This document shows, in pieces, positions 36,106 to 48,444 of a DNA stretch of 64,000 bases (position 1 is the stretch's first letter; every line of letters begins with the position of its first letter). Origin of the DNA: Escherichia coli (GTDB taxonomy: Bacteria > Pseudomonadota > Gammaproteobacteria > Enterobacterales > Enterobacteriaceae); the NCBI RefSeq assembly GCF_030013595.1, contig NZ_CP122768.1; one strand, given 5' to 3'. The translations under genes and the position numbers were made by a program. Under the pieces are notes generated by a model that saw nothing but the letters and a program-made list of their open reading frames with translations, was not told where the DNA came from and made no database searches.

Positions 36106-39100
36106 TTATTCCGGGCGCGGCTTCAGCGGGAAGCGGCGGCGCACCAGCACAAAGAACAGCGGCACGAAGTAAATAGCCAGAATAGTGGCCGAAATCATCC
36201 CGCCCATTACGCCAGTACCCACCGCATGCTGACCACCGGAACCGGCACCCGTGCTGGTTGCCATTGGCAATACGCCGAAGATAAATGCCAGCGAGGTCAT
36301 CAGAATCGGGCGTAAACGCTGACGGCAGGCGTGGAGCGTCGCTTCAAACAGGTCGTGGCCTTTTTGGTTCATCTCGTTAGCAAACTCGACGATCAGGATG
36401 GCGTTTTTCGCCGATAAACCAATGACCGTTAACAGGCCCACCTGGAAGTAAACGTCGTTTTCCAGCCCGCGCATCCAGGTTGCCAGCAACGCGCCGATAA
36501 CCCCCAGCGGCACGACCAGCATTACCGAGAACGGCACCGACCAGCTTTCATACAGCGCCGCCAGACACAGGAATACCACCAGCAAGGAAATGGCGTACAG
36601 CGCCGGAGCCTGCGCGCCGGAAAGCCGCTCCTGATACGACATCGCCGTCCACTCCAGACCAAAGCCGTTTGGCAACTGCTTCACTAACGATTCCATAATA
36701 TCCATCGCCGTACCGGTACTGACCCCCGGTGCGGCTTCCCCAACAATCTCAACCGCAGAATAACCGTTATAGCGTTCCAGACGTGGCGAGCCTGTCTCCC
36801 AGCGTGAGGTCGCGAAAGCAGAGAAGGGCACCATGCCGCCATCTTTATTTCGGACATACCAGAGATTGATGTCATCTGGCAGCATGCGATACGGCGCAGC
36901 TGCCTGCACATAGACTTTCTTCACGCGACCGCGATCCATAAAGTCATTCACATAGCTCGAACCCCAGGCGGTTTGCAGTGTGTCGTTAATATCGTCGATA
37001 GCAACGCCCAGCGCCTGAGCTTTACGCTGGTCGATATCAATCTGCAACTGCGGACTGTCGTCGAGGCCGTTATGGCGCACACGGGTTAGCTCCGGGTTTT
37101 CCGCTGCCAGCGCCAGCAACTGGTTTCGTGCTGCCATCAGCGCATCGTGACCCGCTCCAGCGTGGTCCTGCAACTCCATATCAAAACCCGCAGAACTGCC
37201 AAGACCGCTAATTGCTGGCGGGCTGCTGGCGATAACGCGAGCTTCTTTAATCTTGTTAAACGCCTTCGTTGCACGTTCGATAATGGCAAACGAGGTGCCG
37301 GTCTTACTGTCGCGTTCGCTCCAGTCTTTCAGGCGGATAAACATTCGCGCCACGTTTTGCCCGTTACCCCCAGGGCCAGAACCAACGGTGGCAAACACCG
37401 ACATGATGTTGTCTTTTTCATGGGTGAAGTAGTATTTCTCGATTTGCTCAACGACTTTCAGGGTCTGTTGTTGGGTTGAACCGCTGGGCAACTGTACCGA
37501 GGTAGTAAACATGCCCCGGTCTTCCAGTGGCAAGAACGACGTCGGCAAACGCAGGAACAGGAACACCATGCCGCCAAGCAGCAGGACATAAATCACAATC
37601 CAGCGCAGGCTACGGTGGAGAATTTTCGCCACCCCTTTTTCGTAGCGTTCGGCGTTGCGGTTAAACATCTGGTTAAACCAGGCAAAAAAGCCTTTTTGCC
37701 CGTGATGCTCACCCTTTTTCAGAGGCTTAAGTAGCGTGGCACACAGAGCCGGAGTGAGGATCATCGCTACCAATACTGACAGCACCATCGCCGCAACAAT
37801 GGTAATAGAGAACTGGCGATAGATGGCACCGGTGGTGCCGCCGAAGAAGGCCATTGGTACAAATACCGCCGAAAGCACCATCGCAATCCCGACCAGTGCC
37901 CCCTGGATCTGCCCCATCGATTTACGTGTGGCTTCGCGAGGAGTGAGTCCTTCCTCACTCATAATACGTTCGACGTTTTCCACCACCACGATGGCATCAT
38001 CCACCAGCAGACCGATCGCCAGCACCATCGCGAACATGGTTAAGGTGTTGACGCTGTAACCGAAGGCGTAAAGCACGGAGAAGGTTCCCATCAACACCAC
38101 CGGCACGGCGATAGTGGGTATCAGCGTGGCGCGGAAGTTTTGCAGGAACAGATACATAACGAGGAAAACCAGGGCGATAGCTTCCAGCAGCGTTTTCACC
38201 ACGTCTTCAATGAAGGCTTTAACAAACGAGGTGGTTTCATACGCCACCTTGTATTCCAGTCCATGCGGGAAATACTGCGCCAGCTCGTCAAGACGATTGA
38301 GCACCAGCTCCGCTGTCGTCATTTCGTTCGCGCCGGAGGCCAGTTTCACCCCCAGCCCGGAGGCTGGCTTACCATTGAAGCGGCTAAGATAATCGTATTT
38401 CTCCGCCCCCATTTCGACGGTGGCGACATCGCCCAGCCTTACCTCTGAGCCGTCCTGATTCACCCGCAAGGTGATATCGCGGAACTGTTCTGGTGTTTGC
38501 AGCAGTGACTGGGCGTTAATGGTGGCGTTGAGCGCCTGCTTATCGACGGAAGGCGTACCACCAAGTTGCCCAACCGCAATCTGCGCGTTCTGTGACTCAA
38601 TGGCATCAGTGACATCTTTAGCCGTCATCTGGAAACTGTTGAGTTTCGCCGGGTCCAGCCAGATACGCATGGAATATTGCGAACCATAGGCATCGATATC
38701 CCCGACGCCATTCACGCGGCTTAACGGATCCTGAATATTACTGGCAACGTAATCGGCAATATCCTGTTTATCCATCGAACCATCGGTAGAGACGAAGGCA
38801 ATGGTCAGAATGTTGGTATCGCCGGTTTTACGCACCGTCACGCCCTGATTTTGCACCGCCTGCGGTAACTTTCGCATGGCTGATTGCAGCTGGTTTTGTA
38901 CTTGCTGCACGGCTTCGTCCGGATCGGTGCCTGCTTTAAAACTTAAAGTGACAGATGCCTGGCCGGTGCCACTGCTCTGAGACGACATATACATCAGATT
39001 ATCGAGACCGGTCATATTTTGCTCGATAACCTGGGTCACGGTGTTTTCCAGCGTCTGGGCCGATGCGCCGGGATAGTTAGCGGTCACTCGCACATTCGGT

Positions 39101-39219
39101 GGCGCGAGATCGGGGTATTGTTCAACGGGCAATGAAAAAATCGCCAGGGTCCCTGTCAGACACAACAGGATTGCCAGCACCCAGGCAAAAATGGGGCGAT
39201 CAATAAAGAAATTCGCCAT
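36106..39219 (-). CDS. acrD: RND multidrug efflux pump AcrD (aminoglycoside efflux)
   Basis: ORF track 1037 aa [23 protein letters not shown]... Confidence 0.93.
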   Translation of the reverse strand: MANFFIDRPIFAWVLAILLCLTGTLAIFSLPVEQYPDLAPPNVRVTANYPGASAQTLENTVTQVIEQNMTGLDNLMYMSSQSSGTGQASVTLSFKAGTDPDEAVQQVQNQLQSAMRKLPQAVQNQGVTVRKTGDTNILTIAFVSTDGSMDKQDIADYVASNIQDPLSRVNGVGDIDAYGSQYSMRIWLDPAKLNSFQMTAKDVTDAIESQNAQIAVGQLGGTPSVDKQALNATINAQSLLQTPEQFRDITLRVNQDGSEVRLGDVATVEMGAEKYDYLSRFNGKPASGLGVKLASGANEMTTAELVLNRLDELAQYFPHGLEYKVAYETTSFVKAFIEDVVKTLLEAIALVFLVMYLFLQNFRATLIPTIAVPVVLMGTFSVLYAFGYSVNTLTMFAMVLAIGLLVDDAIVVVENVERIMSEEGLTPREATRKSMGQIQGALVGIAMVLSAVFVPMAFFGGTTGAIYRQFSITIVAAMVLSVLVAMILTPALCATLLKPLKKGEHHGQKGFFAWFNQMFNRNAERYEKGVAKILHRSLRWIVIYVLLLGGMVFLFLRLPTSFLPLEDRGMFTTSVQLPSGSTQQQTLKVVEQIEKYYFTHEKDNIMSVFATVGSGPGGNGQNVARMFIRLKDWSERDSKTGTSFAIIERATKAFNKIKEARVIASSPPAISGLGSSAGFDMELQDHAGAGHDALMAARNQLLALAAENPELTRVRHNGLDDSPQLQIDIDQRKAQALGVAIDDINDTLQTAWGSSYVNDFMDRGRVKKVYVQAAAPYRMLPDDINLWYVRNKDGGMVPFSAFATSRWETGSPRLERYNGYSAVEIVGEAAPGVSTGTAMDIMESLVKQLPNGFGLEWTAMSYQERLSGAQAPALYAISLLVVFLCLAALYESWSVPFSVMLVVPLGVIGALLATWMRGLENDVYFQVGLLTVIGLSAKNAILIVEFANEMNQKGHDLFEATLHACRQRLRPILMTSLAFIFGVLPMATSTGAGSGGQHAVGTGVMGGMISATILAIYFVPLFFVLVRRRFPLKPRPE

Positions 39220-39382
39220 TAAAAGAGGACCTCGTGTTTCTGCGTATCGTTGTAGGCTTGACTTGCTTCACTGTAGCGGCAAGGTACGAGCCAATCGTGG
39301 AGAAAAAAAGGAGTTAATGTAAATTATCATGCCCTTTTATAGTGAACCTAAAGTGCCAGTATTCTTTGGTCAGTCGGAGGCA

Positions 39383-41083
39383 TTACATCAGCTGGCTTTC
39401 CTCACCCTCCGCAGAGCGAAAGCTAATACTCACTAACGTGCCGCCGCCGGAAGGTTGTGAAAAAGTCAGCGTCCCACCCAGCCGTTCCGCGCGTTCGCGC
39501 ATGATATTCAGACCATAATGGCCTTCGGGTTCTTTCGGTTCACCGATGCCAATCCCGTTGTCGCGAATATAGACCGTGTGATTGCCATCCGGCGCAGTGA
39601 CGCAGCTAACGGCGATTTCGCTGGCGTTGGCGTGCTTCATCGCATTCAGCACCGCTTCGCGAATAATTTGCAACAAATGCACCTGCATTTGCGCATCCAG
39701 CGCCAGGGTTGGCAGACGGCAGTCGAGGGTCAGTTTAGCGCTGGTTTGATTTTGTAACGTATCCAGCATTTCACGTAGCGCAGAGGGGAGATCTGCCTGC
39801 TGCAGCGTCAGGCGGAAAGTAGTTAACAGCTCGCGTAACTGCCGATAAGCATCATTCAACGCTTGGGAAAAATCGGCCATGATACTTTGTGCGGTGGCGT
39901 TATCTTCCGGTATCGAACGCTTCAGTAACGTCAACTGGATACGTAAGTAAGAAAGTACCTGAGCCAGCGAGTCGTGCAATTCGCGGGCGATGGTCGCACG
40001 TTCTTCCATCAACAATAACTGCTGAAAATGCTTCTGCGCCTGATTAAAGTACAAACCGCGTCCCAGCATCGACGAAACACTGTTAAGCAGCGGTTCTGAT
40101 GATGAAACGTGACTATTTTGCCAGTGCAGTTCGCCGTAAACCGTCTCTTGCATTGTCACCGGTAAAATCTGCATCGGCAATTCCGGGTTTGGTTTCCCTT
40201 CGCTAATCCGCCAGTTTTCACCGACATTTAACTCCAGATATTCAGCCGCTTCGTTGTCGCGAACAATCTGCAAAATATGGCGGAAACAATGCACATCAAT
40301 CTGGCTGGTGTTCAGCGCCTGCGAACACTGATACAACACCTCCAGGCGACGCTTGGCCTCGTGGAGATCGCGGGTCTTTTCTTCTACTGACGCCTCCAGC
40401 GAACGGTACAATTTATGCAGCTCGCTCGACATCTGGTTAAAGGTTTTGGCAAGCAGGCCAAGCTCATTCGGCAGGCTGGTATCCAGCGGTGGCGAGTCGA
40501 ACTGCCCGTGTTCAATACGCTGACTGGCGGTAACCAGCTGATTCAGCGGGGCAACCACCTGATGGCGTATGCGGCGCAAAGTAAAAAAGACCAGCGTGAA
40601 AATACCGATGCCGCCAGCCAGGGAAATTGCCACCACCAGCAGCATTTTGCGTTCAGCGTAGTGCTGTAAAGCCAGCACGAACAGGTCTATCTGATTAACA
40701 TAATTATTAATATTGGCCTGATACCACGGCAAGTCGCCCTTGCTGAGCCGATTATTCATCTCCAGCCAGTTGGCATTCAGATGCGCATAGCGGGTTTTTA
40801 CTGCCTCTGGCACATACCAGACGTTGAGATTGGTTAATACCGGTGAATGCAGTGCCTGCTGAAATAACTGGCGATGTGCATTGAGTTGTGGACTGCCACT
40901 TTGCAAGTCGTAGCCCAGGCGGTAACTCTGCATACGCAGCGATCCGGCAATATTGATAGCCTCAGCATCGCGCAAACTGCTCGCCAGAGTTAGCAGAGCG
41001 ATACCCGTGGAAAGAATCGACAGCAGGACAATGTAAAAAAAGGCCCGGGCCAGACTGGCCGAGACGGGTCGTTTAACAATCAC
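39383..41083 (-). CDS. narQ: nitrate/nitrite sensor histidine kinase NarQ
   Basis: ORF track 39383..41098; HAMP plus HisKA_3 (ELHDSLAQ) plus ATPase domain; exact start uncertain. Confidence 0.88.
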   Translation of the reverse strand: MIVKRPVSASLARAFFYIVLLSILSTGIALLTLASSLRDAEAINIAGSLRMQSYRLGYDLQSGSPQLNAHRQLFQQALHSPVLTNLNVWYVPEAVKTRYAHLNANWLEMNNRLSKGDLPWYQANINNYVNQIDLFVLALQHYAERKMLLVVAISLAGGIGIFTLVFFTLRRIRHQVVAPLNQLVTASQRIEHGQFDSPPLDTSLPNELGLLAKTFNQMSSELHKLYRSLEASVEEKTRDLHEAKRRLEVLYQCSQALNTSQIDVHCFRHILQIVRDNEAAEYLELNVGENWRISEGKPNPELPMQILPVTMQETVYGELHWQNSHVSSSEPLLNSVSSMLGRGLYFNQAQKHFQQLLLMEERATIARELHDSLAQVLSYLRIQLTLLKRSIPEDNATAQSIMADFSQALNDAYRQLRELLTTFRLTLQQADLPSALREMLDTLQNQTSAKLTLDCRLPTLALDAQMQVHLLQIIREAVLNAMKHANASEIAVSCVTAPDGNHTVYIRDNGIGIGEPKEPEGHYGLNIMRERAERLGGTLTFSQPSGGGTLVSISFRSAEGEESQLM

Positions 41084-41288
41084 ACGCGTCTTCTCCACAA
41101 AAAATCATTAATGTTCCAGTTCGCTGAAACGCAATTTAGTCAGTGATGGGATTATTTGATCTGCCACAGTTTATCGCGAAATAGTTACTTATTCTGGGCA
41201 CATGAACATTGCCGATTCCCCTGTAAGTCGGGTAATAACAACACTCATATAAAGAATAAGGTTTTTACAACCAAAAAAGAAGGTCGTT

Positions 41289-43268
41289 ATGAATCGTTTT
41301 ATTATGGCCAACAGTCAGCAATGTCTGGGTTGTCATGCTTGTGAAATCGCCTGTGTCATGGCTCACAATGATGAGCAACATGTCTTGAGCCAACACCATT
41401 TTCATCCCCGAATTACGGTTATCAAACATCAGCAGCAACGTAGTGCCGTGACCTGTCACCATTGCGAAGATGCGCCCTGCGCCCGTAGCTGCCCTAATGG
41501 CGCAATCAGCCACGTTGATGACAGCATTCAGGTCAATCAGCAAAAGTGTATTGGCTGTAAATCCTGCGTGGTGGCCTGTCCATTTGGTACGATGCAAATC
41601 GTCCTGACACCCGTCGCGGCGGGCAAAGTAAAAGCCACGGCGCATAAATGCGACCTTTGTGCAGGGCGCGAAAACGGTCCTGCCTGTGTCGAGAATTGCC
41701 CGGCGGACGCGCTGCAACTGGTCACTGACGCCGCACTCTCTGGCATGGCGAAATCCCGCCGCTTGCGCACCGCACGTCAGGAGCATCAACCGTGGCATGC
41801 CAGTACCGCGGCACAAGAAATGCCGGTAATGAGTAAAGTCGAGCAAATGCAGGCAACGCCCGCGCGTGGCGAGCCGGATAAACTGGCGATTGAAGCGCGC
41901 AAAACCGGTTTTGATGAAATTTATCTGCCATTCCGTGCCGATCAGGCACAACGGGAAGCCTCGCGCTGCCTTAAGTGCGGCGAGCACAGCGTTTGTGAAT
42001 GGACCTGCCCGCTGCATAACCATATTCCACAGTGGATTGAACTGGTGAAAGCCGGAAACATCGACGCCGCCGTCGAGCTTTCTCACCAGACCAACACCCT
42101 GCCGGAAATTACCGGACGCGTTTGTCCGCAAGACCGTTTGTGTGAAGGTGCCTGTACTATTCGCGATGAGCACGGCGCAGTAACTATCGGCAACATTGAA
42201 CGCTACATTTCAGATCAGGCGTTGGCGAAAGGTTGGCGTCCTGACTTAAGCCATGTCACCAAAGTGGACAAGCGGGTGGCGATTATCGGTGCGGGTCCGG
42301 CAGGGCTGGCCTGTGCGGATGTTCTGACCCGCAATGGCGTGGCGGTGACGGTGTACGATCGCCATCCAGAAATCGGTGGCTTGCTCACTTTCGGCATTCC
42401 TTCTTTCAAACTGGATAAATCCCTGTTGGCACGCCGTCGGGAAATCTTCAGCGCGATGGGGATTCACTTCGAACTCAATTGTGAAGTGGGTAAAGATGTC
42501 TCTTTGGATTCGCTTTTGGAACAATACGACGCGGTCTTCGTTGGCGTAGGCACTTACCGTTCCATGAAAGCGGGTTTACCCAATGAAGATGCGCCGGGCG
42601 TTTATGACGCCCTGCCGTTCCTCATCGCCAACACTAAACAGGTGATGGGACTCGAAGAGCTACCGGAAGAGCCGTTTATCAATACCGCCGGACTCAACGT
42701 CGTGGTACTGGGCGGCGGCGACACCGCGATGGACTGTGTGCGTACCGCGCTGCGCCACGGCGCGAGTAACGTCACCTGCGCTTATCGTCGTGATGAAGCT
42801 AACATGCCAGGCTCGAAGAAAGAGGTGAAGAACGCCCGCGAAGAGGGGGCCAACTTCGAATTTAACGTCCAGCCGGTGGCGCTTGAGCTGAATGAGCAAG
42901 GTCACGTTTGCGGAATTCGTTTCCTGCGCACACGTCTTGGCGAGCCGGATGCCCAGGGGCGTCGGCGTCCAGTACCGGTGGAAGGCAGTGAATTTGTCAT
43001 GCCAGCCGACGCGGTGATTATGGCGTTTGGCTTCAATCCACACGGGATGCCGTGGCTGGAGTCGCACGGTGTAATGGTAGACAAATGGGGCCGCATCATC
43101 GCGGATGTGGAAAGCCAGTACCGTTACCAGACCACGAATCCGAAAATCTTCGCCGGTGGTGACGCCGTGCGTGGTGCGGATCTGGTGGTTACCGCAATGG
43201 CAGAAGGACGTCATGCTGCACAGGGGATTATTGACTGGCTGGGGGTAAAATCAGTCAAATCTCACTGA
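41289..43268 (+). CDS. aegA: Fe-S / FAD-dependent oxidoreductase AegA (GltD-like)
   Basis: ORF track 659 aa; multiple CxxCxxCxxxC ferredoxin motifs and Rossmann GAGPAG. Confidence 0.92.
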   Translation: MNRFIMANSQQCLGCHACEIACVMAHNDEQHVLSQHHFHPRITVIKHQQQRSAVTCHHCEDAPCARSCPNGAISHVDDSIQVNQQKCIGCKSCVVACPFGTMQIVLTPVAAGKVKATAHKCDLCAGRENGPACVENCPADALQLVTDAALSGMAKSRRLRTARQEHQPWHASTAAQEMPVMSKVEQMQATPARGEPDKLAIEARKTGFDEIYLPFRADQAQREASRCLKCGEHSVCEWTCPLHNHIPQWIELVKAGNIDAAVELSHQTNTLPEITGRVCPQDRLCEGACTIRDEHGAVTIGNIERYISDQALAKGWRPDLSHVTKVDKRVAIIGAGPAGLACADVLTRNGVAVTVYDRHPEIGGLLTFGIPSFKLDKSLLARRREIFSAMGIHFELNCEVGKDVSLDSLLEQYDAVFVGVGTYRSMKAGLPNEDAPGVYDALPFLIANTKQVMGLEELPEEPFINTAGLNVVVLGGGDTAMDCVRTALRHGASNVTCAYRRDEANMPGSKKEVKNAREEGANFEFNVQPVALELNEQGHVCGIRFLRTRLGEPDAQGRRRPVPVEGSEFVMPADAVIMAFGFNPHGMPWLESHGVMVDKWGRIIADVESQYRYQTTNPKIFAGGDAVRGADLVVTAMAEGRHAAQGIIDWLGVKSVKSH

Positions 43269-43335
43269 TAGCCTGCGCAGACAAACCCGGCTTCACAGCG
43301 TAAGATAATTGTTCATTTCGCGCTGTGGAGTCGGT

Positions 43336-43911
43336 ATGACGCAACAAATCACCCTCATTAAAGACAAAATTCTCTCCGATAACTATTTCACCCTGCACAA
43401 CATTACTTACGATCTCACGCGCAAAGATGGCGAAGTTATCCGCCATAAACGTGAAGTTTACGATCGCGGTAATGGTGCAACGATCCTCCTGTACAACGCG
43501 AAGAAAAAGACCGTGGTTCTGATTCGTCAGTTCCGTGTCGCTACCTGGGTTAATGGCAATGAAAGCGGGCAGCTGATCGAAACCTGCGCCGGGCTGCTGG
43601 ATAACGACGAACCGGAAGTGTGCATTCGCAAAGAAGCGATTGAAGAGACGGGCTATGAAGTGGGCGAAGTGCGCAAATTATTTGAACTGTATATGTCGCC
43701 AGGCGGTGTGACTGAGCTAATCCACTTTTTTATCGCCGAATACAGTGACAATCAGCGCGCTAACGCCGGTGGCGGTATCGAAGATGAAGATATTGAAGTG
43801 CTCGAGCTGCCGTTCAGCCAGGCGCTGGAGATGATCAAAACCGGCGAGATACGTGACGGTAAGACGGTGTTATTGCTTAACTATTTGCAAACGTCACATT
43901 TAATGGACTGA
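43336..43911 (+). CDS. nudK: GDP-mannose pyrophosphatase NudK (Nudix)
   Basis: ORF track 43309..43911; start trimmed to [11 protein letters not shown] (191 aa); Nudix box present. Confidence 0.88.
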   Translation: MTQQITLIKDKILSDNYFTLHNITYDLTRKDGEVIRHKREVYDRGNGATILLYNAKKKTVVLIRQFRVATWVNGNESGQLIETCAGLLDNDEPEVCIRKEAIEETGYEVGEVRKLFELYMSPGGVTELIHFFIAEYSDNQRANAGGGIEDEDIEVLELPFSQALEMIKTGEIRDGKTVLLLNYLQTSHLMD

Positions 43912-44036
43912 AAAATAACAATAATATTTCGTTGTTTATTATTGGCTCAATCCGATAAATCCGATTGAGCCGCGCTACCTGCGCAACGAAGATACGACTT
44001 GTGCTGTTTGTTTGAACTTCTGGGGTCGTACCGTCC

Positions 44037-45080
44037 ATGCGCTATCGCATTTTCCTTCTCTTTTTTTTCGCTTTGTTGCCGACGTCTTTGGTGTGGGCGG
44101 CACCAGCGCAACGGGCGTTTTCCGACTGGCAGGTCACCTGTAATAACCAAAACTTCTGCGTGGCGCGTAATACGGGCGATCATAACGGACTGGTGATGAC
44201 CCTGAGCCGCAGCGCCGGGGCGCATACGGATGCCGTTTTACGTATTGAGCGCGGCGGGTTGAAGTCGCCGGATGCGTCTGAAGGGGAGATAGCGCCACGG
44301 CTGCTGTTAGATGGCGAGCCGTTGGCGTTAAGTGGTGACAAGTGGCGGATTTCACCATGGTTATTAGTAACCGATGATACGGCAACCATCACCGCGTTTT
44401 TGCAGATGATTCAGGAAGGGAAGGCGATCACCTTACGCGACGGCAATCAGACCATTTCTCTGAGTGGCTTAAAAGCGGCGTTGTTGTTTATAGATGCTCA
44501 GCAAAAGCGCGTTGGCAGTGAAACCGCGTGGATAAAGAAAGGGGATGAACCGCCGCTCAGCGTACCGCCCGCGCCTGCGCTGAAAGAGGTCGCGGTGGTT
44601 AACCCAACGCCGACGCCACTCTCACTCGAAGAACGCAACGATTTGCTGGATTATGGAAACTGGCGGATGAATGGTCTGCGCTGCTCGCTTGATCCGTTAC
44701 GTCGTGAGGTGAATGTCACTGCGCTGACCGATGATAAAGCGCTGATGATGATTAGCTGTGAGGCAGGGGCCTATAACACCATTGATTTGGCATGGATTGT
44801 GTCGCGTAAAAAGCCACTGGCCTCGCGCCCGGTTCGGTTACGTTTGCCGTTCAACAGCGGTCAGGAGACGAATGAACTGGAACTGATGAACGCAACATTC
44901 GATGAAAAATCGCGTGAACTGGTGACCTTAGCAAAAGGGCGCGGATTAAGCGATTGTGGCATTCAGGCGCGCTGGCGCTTTGACGGTCAGCGTTTTCGCC
45001 TGGTGCGTTACGCCGCAGAACCCACCTGTGATAACTGGCATGGGCCAGACGCCTGGCCCACGTTATGGATCACCCGTTAA
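44037..45080 (+). CDS. ypfG: DUF1176 family exported protein YpfG
   Basis: ORF track 347 aa with signal peptide MRYRIFLLFFFALLPTSLVWA. Confidence 0.88.
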   Translation: MRYRIFLLFFFALLPTSLVWAAPAQRAFSDWQVTCNNQNFCVARNTGDHNGLVMTLSRSAGAHTDAVLRIERGGLKSPDASEGEIAPRLLLDGEPLALSGDKWRISPWLLVTDDTATITAFLQMIQEGKAITLRDGNQTISLSGLKAALLFIDAQQKRVGSETAWIKKGDEPPLSVPPAPALKEVAVVNPTPTPLSLEERNDLLDYGNWRMNGLRCSLDPLRREVNVTALTDDKALMMISCEAGAYNTIDLAWIVSRKKPLASRPVRLRLPFNSGQETNELELMNATFDEKSRELVTLAKGRGLSDCGIQARWRFDGQRFRLVRYAAEPTCDNWHGPDAWPTLWITR

Positions 45081-45097
45081 ACAAAATCCCAGATGCG

Positions 45098-45162
45098 CCC
45101 CTAAAAAGCGCACGGACCGTCCCCTCGCCCCTCTGGGGAGAGGGTTAGGGTGAGGGGAACAT
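45098..45162. repeat. GC-rich palindromic intergenic repeat (Box C-like) between ypfG and tktB
   Basis: cgtcccctcgcccctctggggagagggttagggtgaggggaaca; near-identical copy at 59844-59892. Confidence 0.55.
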
Positions 45163-45182
45163 ACAGCATCCGGCGATCACCA

Positions 45183-47186
45183 TCAGGCACCTTTCACTCC
45201 CAGCACCTTATGCGCTTTTGCCACAATATTCTCGGCGGTAAAGCCAAAGAACGGGAACAGCTTATCTGCCGGAGCAGATTCCCCATAGCCGGTCATCCCG
45301 ACAATTGCCCCTTTCAGACCAACATATTTGTACCAGTAATCGGCGATGCCTGCTTCCACCGCCACGCGAGCCGCAACGTTAGAAGGCAACACCGACTCGC
45401 GATATTCCTCATCCTGGGCGTCGAAAATATCGGTCGAGGGCAGGGAAACTACGCGTACATTGCGACCTTCTCCTGCTAATTTCTCTGCCGCTTGCAGGGT
45501 GATTTCCATCTCTGAACCGGTGGCAATCAGAATAATATCCGGCTTGCCGCCGCTGTCTTTCAGCACATAACCACCACGAGCAATCTCTTTAACCTGATCC
45601 GGCGTACGTTCCACCTGGGCCAGATTCTGCCTTGAGAGGATCAGTGCCGTCGGTCCGTTGTGGCGCTCAACGGCCAGCTTCCAGCCCACCGCTGCTTCCA
45701 CCTGATCGCACGGTCGCCAGGTGCTGAAATTTGGCGTTAAGCGCAGACTGGCCAGTTGCTCAACAGCCTGGTGCGTCGGACCATCTTCGCCCAGACCAAT
45801 TGAGTCGTGGGTATAAACCATAATCTGCCGCGCTTTCATCAGTGCCGCCATCCGCGCGGCGTTACGGGCGTATTCAACAAACATCAGGAACGTCGCGGTA
45901 TACGGCACAAAGCCGCCGTGGTGCGCAATGCCGTTGGCGATAGCGGTCATGCCAAATTCACGCACCCCGTAGTGAATGTAGTTGCCCGCCGGATCTTCCT
46001 TCAGCGACACAGAACCTTTCCAGATGGTGAGGTTGCTGGGAGCCAGATCCGCCGAACCGCCGAGCAACTCAGGAAGCAATGGCCCGTATGCGTTAAGCGT
46101 ATTTTGCGAAGCCTTACGGGTAGCGATTTTCGCCGGATTCGCCTGTAATTCATTGATATATTTCTGAGTCGTTTTCTCCCAGTCCTTCGGTAAACCACCG
46201 CTCATCCGACGGGTAAACTCTTCTGCCAGTTGCGGATGAGCCTTTTTATAGGCGGCAAACTTCTCATTCCAGCTCTGCTGCGCTTTTTCGCCTTTTTCGC
46301 GGGCATCCCAGGCGTGATAAATCTCTTTAGGGATCTCAAATGGCGGATGGTGCCAGCCCAGTTTTTGCCGTGCCAGCGCCACTTCTTCTTCCCCCAGTGG
46401 TGCGCCGTGCGCCTCTTCCTTACCTGCTTTATTCGGCGAACCAAAGCCAATCACCGTACGGCAGATAATGAGCGACGGCTTATCTTTCACGCTTTGCGCT
46501 TCAAGGAGCGCTTCCTTCACCGCCTGCGGATCGTGGCCGTCGATCTCGTGGATCACATGCCAGTGATAGGCTTCAAAACGTTTTGCTGTATCGTCGGTAA
46601 ACCAGCCTTCGGTTTCACCGTCGATGGAAATACCGTTATGATCGTAAAAACCAATCAGTTTGCCCAGCCCCAGCGTGCCCGCCAGCGAACAGACTTCGTG
46701 GGAAATACCTTCCATCAGGCAACCGTCGCCCATAAACACATAGGTGAAGTGATCGACAATTTCATGATCCGGCTGGTTAAACTGCGCCGCCAGTGTACGC
46801 TCTGCTATCGCCAGCCCGACGGCGTTCGCCAAACCTTGTCCAAGTGGACCGGTGGTGGTTTCAACACCTGGCGTATAACCAATCTCCGGGTGACCTGGGG
46901 TTTTTGAATGCAACTGACGGAAGTTCTTCAGCTCTTCCAGCGGCAGGTCGTAACCAGTTAGATGCAGCAAACTGTAGAGCAGCATCGACGCGTGACCGTT
47001 GGAAAGAATAAAGCGGTCGCGATCATACCAGGTTGGGTCGGTAGGGTTATGTTTAAGAAAATCGTTCCACAGCACTTCGGCAATATCAGCCATGCCCATC
47101 GGCGCGCCGGGATGACCAGAATTGGCTTTTTGTACCGCATCCATACTGAGTGCGCGAATCGCATTGGCAAGGTCTTTTCGGGACAT
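45183..47186 (-). CDS. tktB: transketolase 2
   Basis: ORF track 45183..47249; start trimmed to [27 protein letters not shown] (667 aa). Confidence 0.93.
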   Translation of the reverse strand: MSRKDLANAIRALSMDAVQKANSGHPGAPMGMADIAEVLWNDFLKHNPTDPTWYDRDRFILSNGHASMLLYSLLHLTGYDLPLEELKNFRQLHSKTPGHPEIGYTPGVETTTGPLGQGLANAVGLAIAERTLAAQFNQPDHEIVDHFTYVFMGDGCLMEGISHEVCSLAGTLGLGKLIGFYDHNGISIDGETEGWFTDDTAKRFEAYHWHVIHEIDGHDPQAVKEALLEAQSVKDKPSLIICRTVIGFGSPNKAGKEEAHGAPLGEEEVALARQKLGWHHPPFEIPKEIYHAWDAREKGEKAQQSWNEKFAAYKKAHPQLAEEFTRRMSGGLPKDWEKTTQKYINELQANPAKIATRKASQNTLNAYGPLLPELLGGSADLAPSNLTIWKGSVSLKEDPAGNYIHYGVREFGMTAIANGIAHHGGFVPYTATFLMFVEYARNAARMAALMKARQIMVYTHDSIGLGEDGPTHQAVEQLASLRLTPNFSTWRPCDQVEAAVGWKLAVERHNGPTALILSRQNLAQVERTPDQVKEIARGGYVLKDSGGKPDIILIATGSEMEITLQAAEKLAGEGRNVRVVSLPSTDIFDAQDEEYRESVLPSNVAARVAVEAGIADYWYKYVGLKGAIVGMTGYGESAPADKLFPFFGFTAENIVAKAHKVLGVKGA

Positions 47187-47205
47187 ATAACACTCCGTGG
47201 CTGGT

Positions 47206-48156
47206 TTATAGTTTGGCGGCAAGAAGATCTTCCAGTTTGCGTTGATCAACGGCGAACAGACGAATGCCTTCAGACAGTTTTTCTACCGCCATCGCATCCT
47301 GATTGTGCTCCCAACGGAACTCCGCTTCGCTCATGGGAGCTGGGCGTGGGAACGTCTGAGAAGGTGGGATTAATTTACGTACCACTGGCGAAACTTTTTC
47401 CTGTAGCTCCTTCAGCAAATTCGGTGCGATAGTCAGTCGGTCGCAGCCGGTTAAGGCGAGGATTTGTTCGGTGCGACGGAAGCTCGCGCCCATCACAATG
47501 GTTTCATAGTGGTGTTGCTTATAGTAGTCGTAGATATTGCGTACTGATTTAACGCCCGGATCTTCTTCCACCACATACGGGTCCATCGGCTTGCGTGCCT
47601 GATACCAGTCATAAATACGCCCGACAAACGGCGAAATCAGAAAAACGCCTGCTTCTGCACAGGCCCGCGCCTGTGCAAAAGAAAACAGCAGCGTCAGGTT
47701 GCAGTTAATACCTTCTTTTTCCAGCTCTTCTGCCGCGCGAATTCCTTCCCAGGTTGAAGCCAGCTTGATCAAAATACGTGATTTCTCAACGCCTTGTTGC
47801 TGATACAAGTCCACCAGATGGCGCGCCTTCTCAATACTCTTTTCTTTATCAAAAGAGAGGCGTGCATCAACTTCTGTTGACACGCGACCGGGTACGATTT
47901 TGAGAATTTCAGCACCGAAATTGACCGCCAGTTTGTCACACGCTGCGACCACCTGTTGTTCCTGGGTCTTGCCATTTTTTTTACCCCAGGCGATAGCATC
48001 GTCTATTAAATGCTCATATTGTGATAATCCGGCAGCCTTGAGTAACAGCGAAGGATTGGTGGTGGCATCCTGGGGATGATAATGGCGAATGGACTCAATA
48101 TCGCCGCTGTCTGCCACGACAGTAGTGAACTGTTTGATGCCGTCTAACTCGTTCAT
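47206..48156 (-). CDS. talA: transaldolase A
   Basis: ORF track 316 aa [23 protein letters not shown]... Confidence 0.93.
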   Translation of the reverse strand: MNELDGIKQFTTVVADSGDIESIRHYHPQDATTNPSLLLKAAGLSQYEHLIDDAIAWGKKNGKTQEQQVVAACDKLAVNFGAEILKIVPGRVSTEVDARLSFDKEKSIEKARHLVDLYQQQGVEKSRILIKLASTWEGIRAAEELEKEGINCNLTLLFSFAQARACAEAGVFLISPFVGRIYDWYQARKPMDPYVVEEDPGVKSVRNIYDYYKQHHYETIVMGASFRRTEQILALTGCDRLTIAPNLLKELQEKVSPVVRKLIPPSQTFPRPAPMSEAEFRWEHNQDAMAVEKLSEGIRLFAVDQRKLEDLLAAKL

Positions 48157-48444
48157 AGGAAATACTCCTTGAAAAGTAAAGTGTTAGATGAGTGCGTTAA
48201 TTCACACTTCTGAGAAATTTCGCTAAACGCATCAAAAAAGCATAGCAGACAGGCATGGTATTGCTGGATTAAGCAGGTAACATCAGTGTTATAGGATTAT
48301 TACCAAAACATTATATTAATGGTGAGAGTTTGGACTTGCTCAAAGTCTGTAGACTCCGGCAAGGTAATAATGTGCGCCACGTTGTGGGCAGGGGCTGTTG
48401 CCCACACACTTTATTTGTGAACGTTACGTGAAAGGAACAACCAA

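Noticed and set aside
41100-41288. Possible FNR/NarL operator sites in the narQ-aegA divergent region
   Set aside because: Only half-site-like matches (ttgat...); no full TTGAT-N4-ATCAA palindrome could be identified by eye, so no site is called.
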